From Sphingomonas taxi (lineage in GTDB: Bacteria > Pseudomonadota > Alphaproteobacteria > Sphingomonadales > Sphingomonadaceae): 64,000 nt of DNA. Where the stretch lies: NCBI GenBank assembly GCA_003240625.1, contig QFMX01000007.1, positions 84,623-148,622 on the forward strand, read 5' to 3'. Of the stretch, positions 50,974 to 62,129 are shown piece after piece. The position numbers and the translations under genes were made by a program. Each line of letters starts with the position of its first letter. Position 1 is the stretch's first letter. Under the pieces are notes generated by a model. The model worked only from the letters and a program-made list of their open reading frames with translations. It ran no database searches and was not told the origin of the DNA.

Positions 50974-52112
50974 GCGAACTGCGCCTTGGGCTTGGAGGGC
51001 GCACCGACCGGAATCCGCGACAACGGCGCATCCAGACTCTCGACCAGATCGGCCAGATCGCTCGCCGCATTGGGCCGCCCGCAACTCCGCGCGCGGCCCG
51101 CCGCATTCTGCAACGCCGCCGGATCGAGCCCGAGTTTCTGCATCTGCTTGGCCAGCTCCACTGCGGTAAAGTCTCCCTGCGCGATCGTCCGCGCGCCGCC
51201 CGCCTTCGTGATCTCGCGCGCGTTCACCGTCTGGTGATCGTCGGTCGCGCCCGGCAGCGGCACCAGAATCGCCGGCCGCCCCGCCGCGGTCAGCTCCGAA
51301 ATCGTCGACGCCCCCGCGCGCGCAATCACCAGATGCGCCCAAGCCAGCTGCTCGGGCATATCGGGCAGATACGTCGCCAGTTCCGCCGGGATATGATGCT
51401 CGGCGTACTTCGCGCGCACTGCGTCGATATCCTCCATCCGCGCCTGGTGCGTCACCTGCAACCGCCGCCGGAATGTCACCGGCAGCATCGCGAGCCCATC
51501 GGGAACGACCTGCGAAAGAATGCTCGCCCCCTGGCTTCCGCCCGTCACGAGCACGCGAAAAATCCCGTCCTCCTCCAGCAGCGGATAAGGCCGGGCACGC
51601 AACGCCAGCACCGCCTCGCGCACTGGATTGCCGACCAGATGCGTCTTCCCCAGCAGCTTCGGCGCCAACCGCTCGGTCGGCTCGGACGACGTCGCGATCG
51701 CATCCACGCGTCCGGCGACGAAACGGTTCACCCGCCCCAGCACCGCATTCTGCTCATGCACCGCGGTCGGGATCTTGTCCGCGAACGCCGCCAGCAACGC
51801 CGGCAACGCAGGATACCCACCGAAGCCAATCACCGCCGCCGGCTTGAACGTCCGGTAAAGCTCGCGCGCCATCGCCCGCCCGCGCCACATCTCGCGCGTC
51901 GCCTTCGCCCAGCCCAGCGGCCCGCCACTGAACCGCCCAGCCGGCAGGACATGCGTCTGGATCTCCTCGAACAGCCCCGGAAACCGCACGCCGCGCGCGT
52001 CGCTCACCAGCGCAACGCGGTGGCCGCGCTTCGTCAGCTCGGCCGCGAGCGCCGCTGCCGGAACCATGTGTCCGCCCGTGCCACCGGCCGCTAAGACGTA
52101 ATGCTTACTCAT
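50970..52112 (-). CDS. murG: Undecaprenyl-PP-MurNAc-pentapeptide GlcNAc transferase
   Basis: GGTGGH, HEQNA, GGSQGA, RAGAST and DDHQTVNA motifs. Confidence 0.96.
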   Translation of the reverse strand: MSKHYVLAAGGTGGHMVPAAALAAELTKRGHRVALVSDARGVRFPGLFEEIQTHVLPAGRFSGGPLGWAKATREMWRGRAMARELYRTFKPAAVIGFGGYPALPALLAAFADKIPTAVHEQNAVLGRVNRFVAGRVDAIATSSEPTERLAPKLLGKTHLVGNPVREAVLALRARPYPLLEEDGIFRVLVTGGSQGASILSQVVPDGLAMLPVTFRRRLQVTHQARMEDIDAVRAKYAEHHIPAELATYLPDMPEQLAWAHLVIARAGASTISELTAAGRPAILVPLPGATDDHQTVNAREITKAGGARTIAQGDFTAVELAKQMQKLGLDPAALQNAAGRARSCGRPNAASDLADLVESLDAPLSRIPVGAPSKPKAQFA

Positions 52113-53359
52113 TCACCACTCCAGCGGACGACATAGGGGCTCCGCGTGAGAAACGGATTGCGCCGGGTAAACGCCAGCAGCAACCCCATGCCGATCGACA
52201 ACGCGATCATCGACGACCCGCCATAGCTGATGAACGGCAGCGTCATACCCTTCGACGGCGCAAGCCCCGTGTTCACCGCCATGCTCACCAGCGCCTGCGC
52301 GCCGAACTGCGTCGCGAGCCCGGCAGACGCCAGCAATTTGAATTCGTCCTGCTCGTCCAGCAGCTTGACGAACACGCGCACCACGATCGCGAGAAAGATC
52401 ACCGCGATCACCGAACACGCGATCAACCCGAACTCCTCGCCGATCACCGAGAAGATATAGTCGGTATGCGCCTCGGGCAGCCCGAATTTCGCCGCCCCCG
52501 CGCCAGGCCCAGTGCCGGTCCAGCCGCCCGCAGTCAGCGTGTTGTGCGCGGCATTCGTCTGGAAATGATCCGACGCACCCTCGCCCTCGACGCCTGGAAA
52601 CAGGAACGCATCGATCCGCGACCGCGCCACGCCGTAGAATATATAGGCGGCAACCAGCCCGGCGGGCGCCAGCGCGACGAGCCCGACGAGTATGCGGACA
52701 GGCGTCCCCGCGATCATCAGCAGCGCCAGCCAAACCGAGCAGAAGATGATCGTCTGACCAAAATCGGGTTGCAGCATCAGCAGCACCGCGACCCCCGCGG
52801 TCATTGCGCCGGTAATCAACACGGTCGGGAGTTCGGCATCCTTCGCACGCAACGACAACAGCCACGCGACGGTCACGATGAACAGCGGCTTCAGGAACTC
52901 GGACGGCTGGAACTGCGCAAAACCGACGCCGAGCCAGCGCCGCGCGCCGTTCGCCTCGACCCCGATGAACGGCGTCACCATCAACATCAGCACGAACAGC
53001 GCACACCCGCCGATCGCCATCCGCCGCGCCATCGAGACGGGCATCATCGACACGCCGAACAGCACGGGGAGCGACACCCCGACCCACATCAACTGCCGCC
53101 AGAAATAATAGAGCGGCGCGATCTTGTGATGCTCACCCGAATAGCGAACCGCGCTCGCCGGCGACGCCGCGGCGACCGCGATCAGCCCGATCGCGATCAG
53201 GAACAGCGTCAGCAACAGCAGCATCCGGTCGATATCCCAGAACCACGTGCCGAGCGGCGACTGGTCGCCCCGCCCGCCGCGCCGCTTCATCTTCGCGACG
53301 ATCCCGTTCTTCTGTCCGGACACACCCATATCCATGGTCCCAGCGCGCATATCGGTCAT
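52109..53359 (-). CDS. ftsW: SEDS peptidoglycan polymerase FtsW
   Basis: GARRW, QPSEFLK, QPDFG, LPEAHTDYIF and LPFISYGGSS motifs. Confidence 0.95.
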   Translation of the reverse strand: MTDMRAGTMDMGVSGQKNGIVAKMKRRGGRGDQSPLGTWFWDIDRMLLLLTLFLIAIGLIAVAAASPASAVRYSGEHHKIAPLYYFWRQLMWVGVSLPVLFGVSMMPVSMARRMAIGGCALFVLMLMVTPFIGVEANGARRWLGVGFAQFQPSEFLKPLFIVTVAWLLSLRAKDAELPTVLITGAMTAGVAVLLMLQPDFGQTIIFCSVWLALLMIAGTPVRILVGLVALAPAGLVAAYIFYGVARSRIDAFLFPGVEGEGASDHFQTNAAHNTLTAGGWTGTGPGAGAAKFGLPEAHTDYIFSVIGEEFGLIACSVIAVIFLAIVVRVFVKLLDEQDEFKLLASAGLATQFGAQALVSMAVNTGLAPSKGMTLPFISYGGSSMIALSIGMGLLLAFTRRNPFLTRSPYVVRWSGE

Positions 53360-54756
53360 GCCAGCGACTCCACCGCAGCGCGGAACGCCGCCCCGCGCGC
53401 TTCGTAATCGCGAAACTGGTCGAAGCTAGCGCAAGCGGGGGATAACAACACCGTGTCGCCGGGCTTCGCGTTGGCGGCGGCGCTGCGGACGGCGGCGTCG
53501 AGCGTACCGACATTCTCGACGGGCATGGAATCTTTCAGGATTTCGGCGAACCTCGGCCCTGCCTCGCCGATCGTGTAGGCGCAGACGACGTGACCGAAGG
53601 CTGGCTTGCAGGCGTCGAGGTCGTCACCCTTCGCGCGGCCACCGACGATCCAGTGGACGCGGTCGAACGCGGCCAGCGCTGGCGCGGTGCTTTCGGGATT
53701 AGTCGCCTTGCTGTCGTCCACATAGGCGACGCCGCCGTACGAGGCGATCTGCTGCATGCGGTGAGACAGGCCGGTGAAGCTGGTAAGGCCGCGATCGATA
53801 TCGACCTCGCTCACGCCCAGCGCCTTCACGACCGCTATCGCGGCGAGTGCGTTCTGCGCGTTGTGCGGACCCTGAAGCGCGGGCCAATTGCCCTGGAACA
53901 GGCACACGCCCGGCGCGATCTTCGTGAGATGCTCGCCCTTCGCCGACAGACTGCGCGCAATCTGCGCGGACGGCGCATCGCCGATCCCGATGACCGCGTC
54001 ATGCTTGACCGCTTGCATCGCGAACAGCCGCGCCTTGGACGCCGCATAGCCTTCGAAGCCGTCATACCGGTCGAGATGGTCCGGCGTGATGTTGAGCAGC
54101 ACCGCGACATCGCAATCGAGTGTCTGCGTCAGGTCGATCTGGTAGCTCGACAGTTCGAGCACGTAGACGCCGCCCTCGGGGAGCGGTTGCTGTTCGAGGA
54201 TCGGCAGGCCGATGTTGCCGCCCATCAGCGTGGGGATGCCGGCGGTCTTGAGGATGTGGTGGACGAGCGCGGTGGTGGTCGACTTGCCGTTGGTGCCGGT
54301 GATGCCGACGACCTTGTGCGGGGGGAGGTCGGCGCGGGCGTGGGCGAAGAGTTCGATGTCGCCGATGACAGGCACGCCGGCCGCACGCGCGGTTGCCGCG
54401 AGCGGATGCGTGTTCAGAGGCACTCCCGGCGACACGACGAGCGCGTCGAACCCCGATAGATCCTCCAACGGCGCGACGATCAAATCCTCCCCGGCACGGG
54501 GAGGGGGACCGCCGGCCGCAGGCTGGGGGTGGAGGGGGGTATCCCCAAGCGTAACGCCTGGAACAGCCCCCCCTCCACCAGCAGAGCTGGTCCCCCTCCC
54601 CGTACTGGGGAGGATTGCCCCACGCCGAGCCTCGTCCGAATCCCACGCGACCACGCTCGCGCCACCAGCAACCAACGCTCGCACAGTCGCAGCCCCCGAC
54701 CGCGCCAGCCCCAGCAGCGCATAGCGTTTCCCGCGCCAGGCGTTTGCGACGATCAC
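53356..54756 (-). CDS. murD: UDP-MurNAc-L-Ala--D-glutamate ligase
   Basis: [31 protein letters not shown] and [11 protein letters not shown] motifs. GTG overlaps the mraY stop. Confidence 0.95.
   Translation of the reverse strand: MIVANAWRGKRYALLGLARSGAATVRALVAGGASVVAWDSDEARRGAILPSTGRGTSSAGGGGAVPGVTLGDTPLHPQPAAGGPPPRAGEDLIVAPLEDLSGFDALVVSPGVPLNTHPLAATARAAGVPVIGDIELFAHARADLPPHKVVGITGTNGKSTTTALVHHILKTAGIPTLMGGNIGLPILEQQPLPEGGVYVLELSSYQIDLTQTLDCDVAVLLNITPDHLDRYDGFEGYAASKARLFAMQAVKHDAVIGIGDAPSAQIARSLSAKGEHLTKIAPGVCLFQGNWPALQGPHNAQNALAAIAVVKALGVSEVDIDRGLTSFTGLSHRMQQIASYGGVAYVDDSKATNPESTAPALAAFDRVHWIVGGRAKGDDLDACKPAFGHVVCAYTIGEAGPRFAEILKDSMPVENVGTLDAAVRSAAANAKPGDTVLLSPACASFDQFRDYEARGAAFRAAVESLA
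54483..54616. mobile_element. Family B-like palindromic element inserted in frame in murD
   Basis: AATCCTCCCCGGCACGGGGAGGGGGACC...GGTCCCCCTCCCCGTACTGGGGAGGATT. Confidence 0.85.
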
Positions 54757-55823
54757 CGCAACTTCAACGTCGAGAGGCCGACCAGCGCCAGCACAAGCGC
54801 GATGATCCAGAAGCGGATCACGACGGTCGCCTCGGCCCAGCCGAGCTGCTCGAAATGGTGATGGATCGGCGCCATCCGGAACACGCGCTTGCCGGTTCGC
54901 TTGTAAAAGAACACCTGGATGATCACCGACAGCGCCTCGATCACGAACAGCCCGCCGATGATCCCCAGCACGATCTCGTGATGCGCGACGACCGCGATCG
55001 TCCCCAGCGCGCCGCCGAGCGCCAGGCTCCCGGTATCGCCCATGAACACCGCGGCGGGCGGCGCGTTGAACCACAGGAACGCGAGCCCTGCCCCGACGAT
55101 CGCCCCGCAGAATATCGCCAGTTCACCTGCGCGGGGGACGTGCGGAATGCCGAGATAATCCGCGAACTTCACGTTCCCGACGAGATACACGATCACCATG
55201 AACGCGACGCTGGCGATGATCACCGGCATCGTCGCCAGCCCATCGAGCCCGTCGGTGAGGTTTACCGCGTTACCGAACGACACGATCGTGAAAGCGGCAA
55301 AGACCGGGAAGAACCAGCCCAGGTCCAGATACATGCGCGACGTGAACGGCAGGTACAGATGCGGGCCGTTCTGCGACATGATGATCGTCGCGGCGATCCC
55401 GGCGATCGCGAACTCGAGCAGCAGCCGCGTCCGCCCGCTGATCCCCGCGGTGCTCGCCTTGCGCACCTTGTCATAGTCGTCGAGGAACCCGATCGTCCCG
55501 AAACCAAGCGTTACGAACACGCACGCCCAGACATACGGGTTACTCAGGTCCATCCACAGGAAGATCGCGAGGCACATAGAGGTCAGGATCATCAGCCCGC
55601 CCATCGTCGGCGTGCCGCGCTTCGACAGGTGCGACTGCGGGCCGTCGGCGCGGATCGGCTGGCCCTTGCCCTGCCGCACGCGCAGCCAGCCGATGAACTT
55701 CGGCCCGATGATCAGGCCGATGATCAGCGCGGTCGCGACGGCACCGCCAGTCCGCACCGTCTGGTAACGGATGAGGTTCAGCAGGCCGGGAAACCCCAGA
55801 TGCTCGGCGAGCCAGTACAACAT
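54753..55823 (-). CDS. mraY: Phospho-MurNAc-pentapeptide translocase
   Basis: [25 protein letters not shown] and MAPIHHHFE motifs. Confidence 0.97.
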   Translation of the reverse strand: MLYWLAEHLGFPGLLNLIRYQTVRTGGAVATALIIGLIIGPKFIGWLRVRQGKGQPIRADGPQSHLSKRGTPTMGGLMILTSMCLAIFLWMDLSNPYVWACVFVTLGFGTIGFLDDYDKVRKASTAGISGRTRLLLEFAIAGIAATIIMSQNGPHLYLPFTSRMYLDLGWFFPVFAAFTIVSFGNAVNLTDGLDGLATMPVIIASVAFMVIVYLVGNVKFADYLGIPHVPRAGELAIFCGAIVGAGLAFLWFNAPPAAVFMGDTGSLALGGALGTIAVVAHHEIVLGIIGGLFVIEALSVIIQVFFYKRTGKRVFRMAPIHHHFEQLGWAEATVVIRFWIIALVLALVGLSTLKLR

Positions 55824-57215
55824 TCAGATAATCCCGCCTTTGAGGCCAGCTTGAAGACCAGCCACGACGCGGGCGAGGCCCACCCCGTTCGATCCCTTGA
55901 CGAGCACGACATCGCCCGGCGCCAGGATCGTCCGTAACGACGCGAGCGCGGCCGCAGCGTCGCCCACATGGACGGTTTCGACTTGTCCCTCAAGCACCTG
56001 CGCGAGCGGCGCCATCGCTTCACCGACCAGCAGCGCCATTTCGACGCGCGCGGCGAGGATCGGCCCGGCGAGGCCGGCATGATAGTCGGCCGAACCCTCG
56101 CCCAGCTCGCGCATCTCGCCGAGCACTACGATGTGCCGGCCCGGCTCGTGGCTCAGGACGCTCAGCGTCGCGCGCATCGAGGCTGGGTTGGCATTGTAGC
56201 TCTCGTCGATCACCAGCGTCTGACCTTCGCCAACGGTGACCAGCGACCGCGCGCCACGGCCTTGCAGCCCGCCGAATTCGGCCAGCGCGAGGCCGGCGAG
56301 TCCGAGATCGCTCCCGGCTGCCTGCACGCATGCCAGCACGCCGAGCGCGTTCGACACCCAGTGCGCGCCCGGCTGCGCGATCGTGAAGCTCAGCTCATGC
56401 TCGGCCCCCTGCCCCATCCGCGCAGTGACGAACGTCCCGCCGGTCGGCAGCCGCATCGCCTCGATCGCCCGGACGTCGGCGCCTTTTTCGCTGCCGAACG
56501 TGACGATCTGCGCGGCATGCGGCGCGGCATGTCCGAGCAGTCGATCGCGGTGCGGGCTATCATAAGGCACGATCGCCGTTCCGCCCGGCTCCAACCCGGC
56601 AAAAATCTCCCCCTTCGCATCCGCAATCGCGCTTTCGTCGGGGAAGAACGCGGTATGCGCAGGCGCGATCGCGGTGATCATCGCGATGTGCGGGCGGACC
56701 AGCTCGGTCAGCTCGGCGAGTTCGCCGGCGTGGTTCATCCCCATCTCGAACACGCCGAACTTCGCGTCGCGCGGCATCCGCGCGAGGCTCAGCGGTACGC
56801 CGGTGTGATTGTTGTAGCTCTTGACCGAGCGGTGCACCTCGCCGGGGGCCGCGCGGTCGAGACACGCGAAGAGCGCCTCCTTCGCGCTGGTCTTGCCGAC
56901 GGAGCCGGTGACGCCGATGATCTTGGCAGTGGAGCGTGCGCGGCTGGCGGCGCCAAGCGCGTTCAATGCGGCAAAACTATCCGCGACGAAGACGTGCGGG
57001 TGGTCGCAGGGTTCGGAGACGATCGCCCCCGCCGCACCTTGGGCGAAGGCCTGGTCGAGGAAGAGGTGGCCGTCGCTAGCCTCGCCCCTCATCGCCACGA
57101 ACAGGTCGCCAGGACCAACCTCCCGCGAATCGAACGCCACGCCGCTGACGGAAAAATCACCCGACGCCACGCCCCCAGTAGCGGCTGCGATCTCGGCGGA
57201 GGTCCAGAGACTCAC
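55824..57215 (-). CDS. murF: UDP-MurNAc-tripeptide--D-Ala-D-Ala ligase
   Basis: DSREV, TGSVGKT, EMGMNH, DESYNANP and VKGS motifs. GTG at 57215 (frame stays open to 57353). Confidence 0.94.
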   Translation of the reverse strand: MSLWTSAEIAAATGGVASGDFSVSGVAFDSREVGPGDLFVAMRGEASDGHLFLDQAFAQGAAGAIVSEPCDHPHVFVADSFAALNALGAASRARSTAKIIGVTGSVGKTSAKEALFACLDRAAPGEVHRSVKSYNNHTGVPLSLARMPRDAKFGVFEMGMNHAGELAELTELVRPHIAMITAIAPAHTAFFPDESAIADAKGEIFAGLEPGGTAIVPYDSPHRDRLLGHAAPHAAQIVTFGSEKGADVRAIEAMRLPTGGTFVTARMGQGAEHELSFTIAQPGAHWVSNALGVLACVQAAGSDLGLAGLALAEFGGLQGRGARSLVTVGEGQTLVIDESYNANPASMRATLSVLSHEPGRHIVVLGEMRELGEGSADYHAGLAGPILAARVEMALLVGEAMAPLAQVLEGQVETVHVGDAAAALASLRTILAPGDVVLVKGSNGVGLARVVAGLQAGLKGGII

Positions 57216-57325
57216 TTCCCCCCTCCCGCTTGCGGGAGGGGTCGGGGGAGGGGCTGACCAAACAGGCCGGACGCCAGTACGTACGTCGTGCCCTCCCCTA
57301 GCCCCTCCCGCAGGCGGGAGGGGAA
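57216..57325. mobile_element. Family A element between murE and murF
   Basis: TTCCCCCCTCCCGCTTGCGGGAGGGG...CCCCTCCCGCAGGCGGGAGGGGAA. Abuts the murF start codon. Confidence 0.87.
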
Positions 57326-57342
57326 TGAAGACGTCGCCCCCC

Positions 57343-58758
57343 TCACGCAGCACACTCCCGCGCGACGGTCACATCATCGAACGGCAAGACGAGGTCGCCG
57401 ACGATCTGTCCCTGCTCATGTCCCTTGCCGGCGATCAGCACGATATCCTCTGGCCCGGCCTCGCGCACCGCAGCCGAAATCGCCGCACGCCGGTCGCCGA
57501 TTTCCTCGGCCCCGCGGGCGCCCTTCAGGACATCGCAGCGGATCGCTCGCGCATCCTCAGTTCGGGGATTGTCGTCGGTGACGATCACCCGGTCGGCGTG
57601 CTGCACCGCGACCTGCCCCATAGTCTCGCGCTTGCCGGTATCGCGGTCTCCGCCCGCCCCGAACACCACGATCAGTTTGCCGCCTGCATGGGGTTTGAGC
57701 GCCGCGATCGCCGCCTCTAGCGCGTCAGGCGTATGCGCGTAATCGACGTAAACCGGCGCACCCGACTTCGCGATCACCGCACGCTCCAGCCGCCCGCGCA
57801 CCGGCTGCAACCGCGCAAGGTTTGCGATCGTCGCGGCCACGTCGCCGCCGGTGGCGATCACCAGTCCAGCCGAGACCAGAGCGTTCGCCGCTTGGTATGC
57901 GCCGATCAGCGGCAGCGTCACCTTGTACGGCCGGCCCTCGGCCTCGATCGTCAGCCCCTGCCCCAGCAGCGTCGGATCGCGTCCCACCAGCCGCAAAGTC
58001 TCGCCCTGCGTCCCGACCGTCACCAGCCGATTGCCACGCTCCCGCGCCAGATCGATCACCCGTGCCGACTGGGGATCGTCCGCCCAGACCACTGCAGTAC
58101 CGTCGGTCGACAGCACCTCGGAAAACAGTCGGATCTTGGCGGTGAAATACGCGGCCATGTCGCCGTGATAGTCGAGGTGGTCTCGGCTGAGGTTCGTGAA
58201 AGCCGCGGCGGTAACCTTCAGCCCCTCGGTCCGGTACTGCGTCAGCCCATGGCTCGACGCCTCGAACGCCAGATGCGTGACGCCCTCACGCGCGAGCCCC
58301 GCCACGTTCGACAGGAACGTCACCACGTCCGGCGTCGTCAGCCCGGTCGTCACCCGCTCGTCCGCCGTCGTAACCCCGAGCGTCCCGATCGAGGCGGCAT
58401 GGAAGCCCGCCATCCGCCACAACTGCCGGGTCATCTCGACGCACGACGTCTTCCCGTTCGTGCCGGTAATCGCCACCGACGTCTCGGGAAACGGCGCGAA
58501 GAACTTCGCCGCCAGTTGCGCAAACCGTTCGCGGGGGTTTTCGTCGGCGATGTAGGTAGCGCCCTCGACCGTCAGCCCCGGCCGCGCAACTACCGCGATC
58601 GCGCCCGAGCGGATCGCGTCCTGGATAAAATCCTCGCCATTCACGCGTGCGCCTTCGAACGCGCCGAACACGGTGCCCGGCGCGACCTTGCGGTGATCGA
58701 TCGCGAACCCCGTCACCTGCGCCTCTTCCGTCCCGTCGGTCAGCGCTGCGAGTTTCAT
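57343..58758 (-). CDS. murE: UDP-MurNAc-dipeptide--meso-DAP ligase
   Basis: TGTNGKTS, EASSHG, DYAHTPDAL, DDNPR and AGKGHE motifs. Confidence 0.96.
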   Translation of the reverse strand: MKLAALTDGTEEAQVTGFAIDHRKVAPGTVFGAFEGARVNGEDFIQDAIRSGAIAVVARPGLTVEGATYIADENPRERFAQLAAKFFAPFPETSVAITGTNGKTSCVEMTRQLWRMAGFHAASIGTLGVTTADERVTTGLTTPDVVTFLSNVAGLAREGVTHLAFEASSHGLTQYRTEGLKVTAAAFTNLSRDHLDYHGDMAAYFTAKIRLFSEVLSTDGTAVVWADDPQSARVIDLARERGNRLVTVGTQGETLRLVGRDPTLLGQGLTIEAEGRPYKVTLPLIGAYQAANALVSAGLVIATGGDVAATIANLARLQPVRGRLERAVIAKSGAPVYVDYAHTPDALEAAIAALKPHAGGKLIVVFGAGGDRDTGKRETMGQVAVQHADRVIVTDDNPRTEDARAIRCDVLKGARGAEEIGDRRAAISAAVREAGPEDIVLIAGKGHEQGQIVGDLVLPFDDVTVARECAA

Positions 58759-58768
58759 GCAATAGTCC

Positions 58769-60487
58769 TCATTGCCCGGTCGGCTGCGTACGCGACGGGT
58801 CCTGCCACAAAGTCGGCACGATGTCAGACACGTCGATATCGCGGTGCGCATCGGGCACCACGCCCAGGATCGCCCCGACCCGCGAGATCGTCCGCCCCAC
58901 GACGGGCGCGGTATTCCACGCCGCCGTCTTCCACCCGAAGGTCTCCTTGGTGCCGAGCGGCGAATCGAGCATCGCCAGCACGACATAGCGCGGCGCATCC
59001 ATCGGGAATGCCGCGGCAAACGTCGCCACGTTGCGCGAATGATCGTAGCCACCCGACACCGCGGCCTCGGCCGTCCCGGTCTTGCCGCCGACGCGGTAGC
59101 CCGGCGCATCGCCCTTGCGACCCGTGCCACGCTGCACGATCAGCCGCAGCATCTGCCGCATCCGCGCGCTGGTCTGCTCGCTGATGACGCGACGCCCGAC
59201 CGGCGCATGACCCGGCGCGACCTTCAGCAACGTCGCCGGCCGCCAGATTCCGCCATTGACCAGCGCCGCATACGCGCTCGCCAGATGCAGCGGAGTCACT
59301 GCGATGCCGTGGCCGTACGCCGTGGTCATCGTCGTCGTCCGCGCCCAGTATTTCGGCCACAACGGCCGGCCCTTCTCGCGCAGTTCGATGTCGGGCTTGG
59401 TATCGAAGCCCAGCTTCTTGAACATCGCCTGCATCTTCGCGGGACCGACCTCGTCGGCAACCCGCGCGGTGGCGATGTTCGACGAATAGATCAGCGTCTC
59501 GGCCATGTTCAGCCAGCGCTTCGGATCGCCGCGCTCGTCGTGAATCGTGAAACGCCCGACCTGGAGCGGATGCGTCGCATCGAAACGCCGGGCGAACGAC
59601 GTCACCACGCCGGTATCCATCGCCGTCGCCATCGTGATCGGCTTGAAGGTCGACCCCAACTCAAACACGCTCTGCGTCGTGATGTTGCGGAGCTCTTCGC
59701 TGCCCGACATGCCGACGCGATTGGGATTGAAGGTCGGCAACGAGACCATCGCGATCACCTCGCCGGTCGCCACGTCGAGGACGATGCCGCCCGCGCCGCG
59801 TGCCGAAAAATTCGTCATCGCGCGGCCGAGCTCGCTCTCCATCGCCGCCTGGACGCGGTTGTCGAGCGACAGCGCGACCGGCGTGCCGTTGAGCGCAGGG
59901 TTCGTCAGCCGCTCGTCGAGCACGCGCTCCATCCCGCTCATGCCGTGGCCCGCGGTCGACAGGAAGCCGAGCGCATGCGCCGCCATCGTCGATTGCGGAT
60001 ACAGGCGCTGCGTATCGCGGTCGAACACGATCGCAGGCTCGCCGATCGCATTGACCTGCTCGACCAGCGCCGGCGACGCACGCCGCTGGAGATAGATGAA
60101 GTTCTTTCGCGACGTCAGCAGCGCATAATAATGCGCCTGGTCGCCGGCCTCGGGCATCAGCGCCGCGAGCTTGCTGGCGATCTCGGTCGGATCGCCGATC
60201 AGCTTCTTCGGGTGAACCGCGATCGTCCACGCATCGATCGTCCGCGCCAGCGGCGAGCCGTTGCGATCGACGATATCGCCGCGCGCCGCGATCGCCACCG
60301 AACGCGCCTGCGGATCGGCAAGCGACGCCTGCACCGCCAGCATCCCAAGCCGTCCAACCACCACCAGCACCGCTGCGCCGAACAGGAACATCAGCATCAT
60401 CAGGCGCGTGTGCGCCGTCGCCACCAGGGCGTGACGCTGGTTGGCGCTACGCTGTTGCGAGACAGGCCGGGCGACCAAGGCGGTCAC
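58769..60487 (-). CDS. ftsI: Penicillin-binding protein 3 (division transpeptidase)
   Basis: RGDIVDRNG, GSTFK, SSN and KTGTA motifs. Confidence 0.95.
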   Translation of the reverse strand: MTALVARPVSQQRSANQRHALVATAHTRLMMLMFLFGAAVLVVVGRLGMLAVQASLADPQARSVAIAARGDIVDRNGSPLARTIDAWTIAVHPKKLIGDPTEIASKLAALMPEAGDQAHYYALLTSRKNFIYLQRRASPALVEQVNAIGEPAIVFDRDTQRLYPQSTMAAHALGFLSTAGHGMSGMERVLDERLTNPALNGTPVALSLDNRVQAAMESELGRAMTNFSARGAGGIVLDVATGEVIAMVSLPTFNPNRVGMSGSEELRNITTQSVFELGSTFKPITMATAMDTGVVTSFARRFDATHPLQVGRFTIHDERGDPKRWLNMAETLIYSSNIATARVADEVGPAKMQAMFKKLGFDTKPDIELREKGRPLWPKYWARTTTMTTAYGHGIAVTPLHLASAYAALVNGGIWRPATLLKVAPGHAPVGRRVISEQTSARMRQMLRLIVQRGTGRKGDAPGYRVGGKTGTAEAAVSGGYDHSRNVATFAAAFPMDAPRYVVLAMLDSPLGTKETFGWKTAAWNTAPVVGRTISRVGAILGVVPDAHRDIDVSDIVPTLWQDPSRTQPTGQ

Positions 60488-61182
60488 CGCCGCTTACGGC
60501 TCTCGGAGCGGGCCCCGCTCATGATGTCACCCAGCGTCGTATCGGACAGCAGCTTGCGGTCGAGCATCGCGACCGCCTGCGGACGGACCTTGGCGACGGC
60601 GGCGAGGCGCTCGGTCTTGGCGGCGCGGACGAGCGCGGCCTCGGCGGAGCGCGGCGTCGACACCGACGCGCGGATCACGACCGGCTTGAGCGCGGTCTTC
60701 GACGCCGCCTGGATCGCGACGTTCATCGCGCGCGGTGCGCTGACCTGTGCCATCTGAATTGGAGCAACGGGGGCAAGCTTCACGACTGGCGGAGCAGCGG
60801 TAACCGGGACGGTCGACGTGGAAACGACGGACCCCGCCCCCGACGGCACGAGCAGCGCGGCGGTCTGGACCCCGTCCGCGCGCAGGCTGTTGACGTCGAG
60901 CGCCGCGAGCGCGGCCTCGCTCACGACGAACTGGCCGGCGGTCGGCGCCGACAGCGCCAGCGTATCGCCGTTCCAGCGCTCGAGCTGCGCCAGATTGCCG
61001 CGCGTGTCGAACTCGGTCTCGAGCGCACGGATGTCGCGCTGGGCGACGCGGATCTGACCATTGACCGCCTCCAGCTTCTTGCGCTCGGCGGCGACCTGCA
61101 GCGACACGAGGTAGAAACCGAGCACGACGGCCACGCAGCCCCCGAACCAGCCCACACCCTTCATCCGATACGCCGCCGTCAT
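60484..61182 (-). CDS. ftsL: FtsL-like cell division protein with long C-terminal extension
   Basis: TM plus coiled coil ([18 protein letters not shown]), located between rsmH and ftsI. Confidence 0.75.
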   Translation of the reverse strand: MTAAYRMKGVGWFGGCVAVVLGFYLVSLQVAAERKKLEAVNGQIRVAQRDIRALETEFDTRGNLAQLERWNGDTLALSAPTAGQFVVSEAALAALDVNSLRADGVQTAALLVPSGAGSVVSTSTVPVTAAPPVVKLAPVAPIQMAQVSAPRAMNVAIQAASKTALKPVVIRASVSTPRSAEAALVRAAKTERLAAVAKVRPQAVAMLDRKLLSDTTLGDIMSGARSESRKRR

Positions 61183-62129
61183 GTCGTCACCTCTTCCGTC
61201 CAGGGTTGCGCGGAGGTCCGCCGCGCCGTCCGTAATGTCGCCGAGCGCGCACGCGGGTTGCGTGCGATCTCGGCCTCGCCGGCGCGAACACCGCGGCCGA
61301 CATGAGAAAAACTAGGTTCCGCAACGGCTTTCACCTGCGGAAGATGACGGGACCCTGAAGGCGACCCGCCGGAACGGGTGCGCAGGAAGCGCTTCACCAT
61401 CCGGTCCTCGAGGCTGTGGAAGGTCACGATCGCAAGGCGACCGCCCGGCTTCAGCACGCGCTCGGCTGCCAGCAACCCGTCCGCCAGTTCACCCAGCTCG
61501 CGGTTCACATGGATGCGGATCGCCTGGAACGCCCGCGTCGCGGGGTCCTTCTTGTCGTGCGCCTTGTAGCCAAGCGCGCGGCGGACGATGTGCGCCAGCT
61601 CGCCGGTCCGGGTCAGCGGGCGCGCCGCGACGATCGCGCGCGCGACGCGGCGCGACTTGGGTTCGTCGCCATATTGATAGAGCACGTCGGCGATCTCGTT
61701 CTCGTCCGCCTCGTTGACGAAGTCCGCCGCCGACATGCCGGCCTGCGCCATCCGCATGTCGAGCGGGCCATCCGACTGGAACGAGAAGCCACGCTCGGCC
61801 TGGTCGAGCTGCATCGACGACACGCCGATATCGAGCGTCACGCCGTCGACCGGCGCAAGGCCGCGCGCTTCGAGTTCGGACGCCATCGCCGAGAAGTCCG
61901 CGGCGATCAGCGTCAGGCCCTCTTCGGCCTCCTCGATCGAGCGGCCGGCGGCAATCGCATCGGGATCGCGGTCGAACGCAATCACGCGGGCGCCCGACTT
62001 GAGCAACGCCAGCGTATAGCCGCCCGCACCGAACGTGCCGTCGACCATCGTCTCGCCGGGCTCAGGGGAAAGCGCGGCCAGGACTTCGTCGAGCAATACC
62101 GGGATATGCGGAGCTTCGGGCGTGCTCAC
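61179..62129 (-). CDS. rsmH: 16S rRNA C1402 N4-methyltransferase
   Basis: [32 protein letters not shown] and NPRARSA motifs. Confidence 0.96.
   Translation of the reverse strand: MSTPEAPHIPVLLDEVLAALSPEPGETMVDGTFGAGGYTLALLKSGARVIAFDRDPDAIAAGRSIEEAEEGLTLIAADFSAMASELEARGLAPVDGVTLDIGVSSMQLDQAERGFSFQSDGPLDMRMAQAGMSAADFVNEADENEIADVLYQYGDEPKSRRVARAIVAARPLTRTGELAHIVRRALGYKAHDKKDPATRAFQAIRIHVNRELGELADGLLAAERVLKPGGRLAIVTFHSLEDRMVKRFLRTRSGGSPSGSRHLPQVKAVAEPSFSHVGRGVRAGEAEIARNPRARSATLRTARRTSAQPWTEEVTT

Noticed and set aside
49543..59130. Extended N-termini given by the ORF track for murC, murD and murE
   Set aside because: The extensions overlap upstream dcw genes. Homology begins at 50973, 54756 and 58758.
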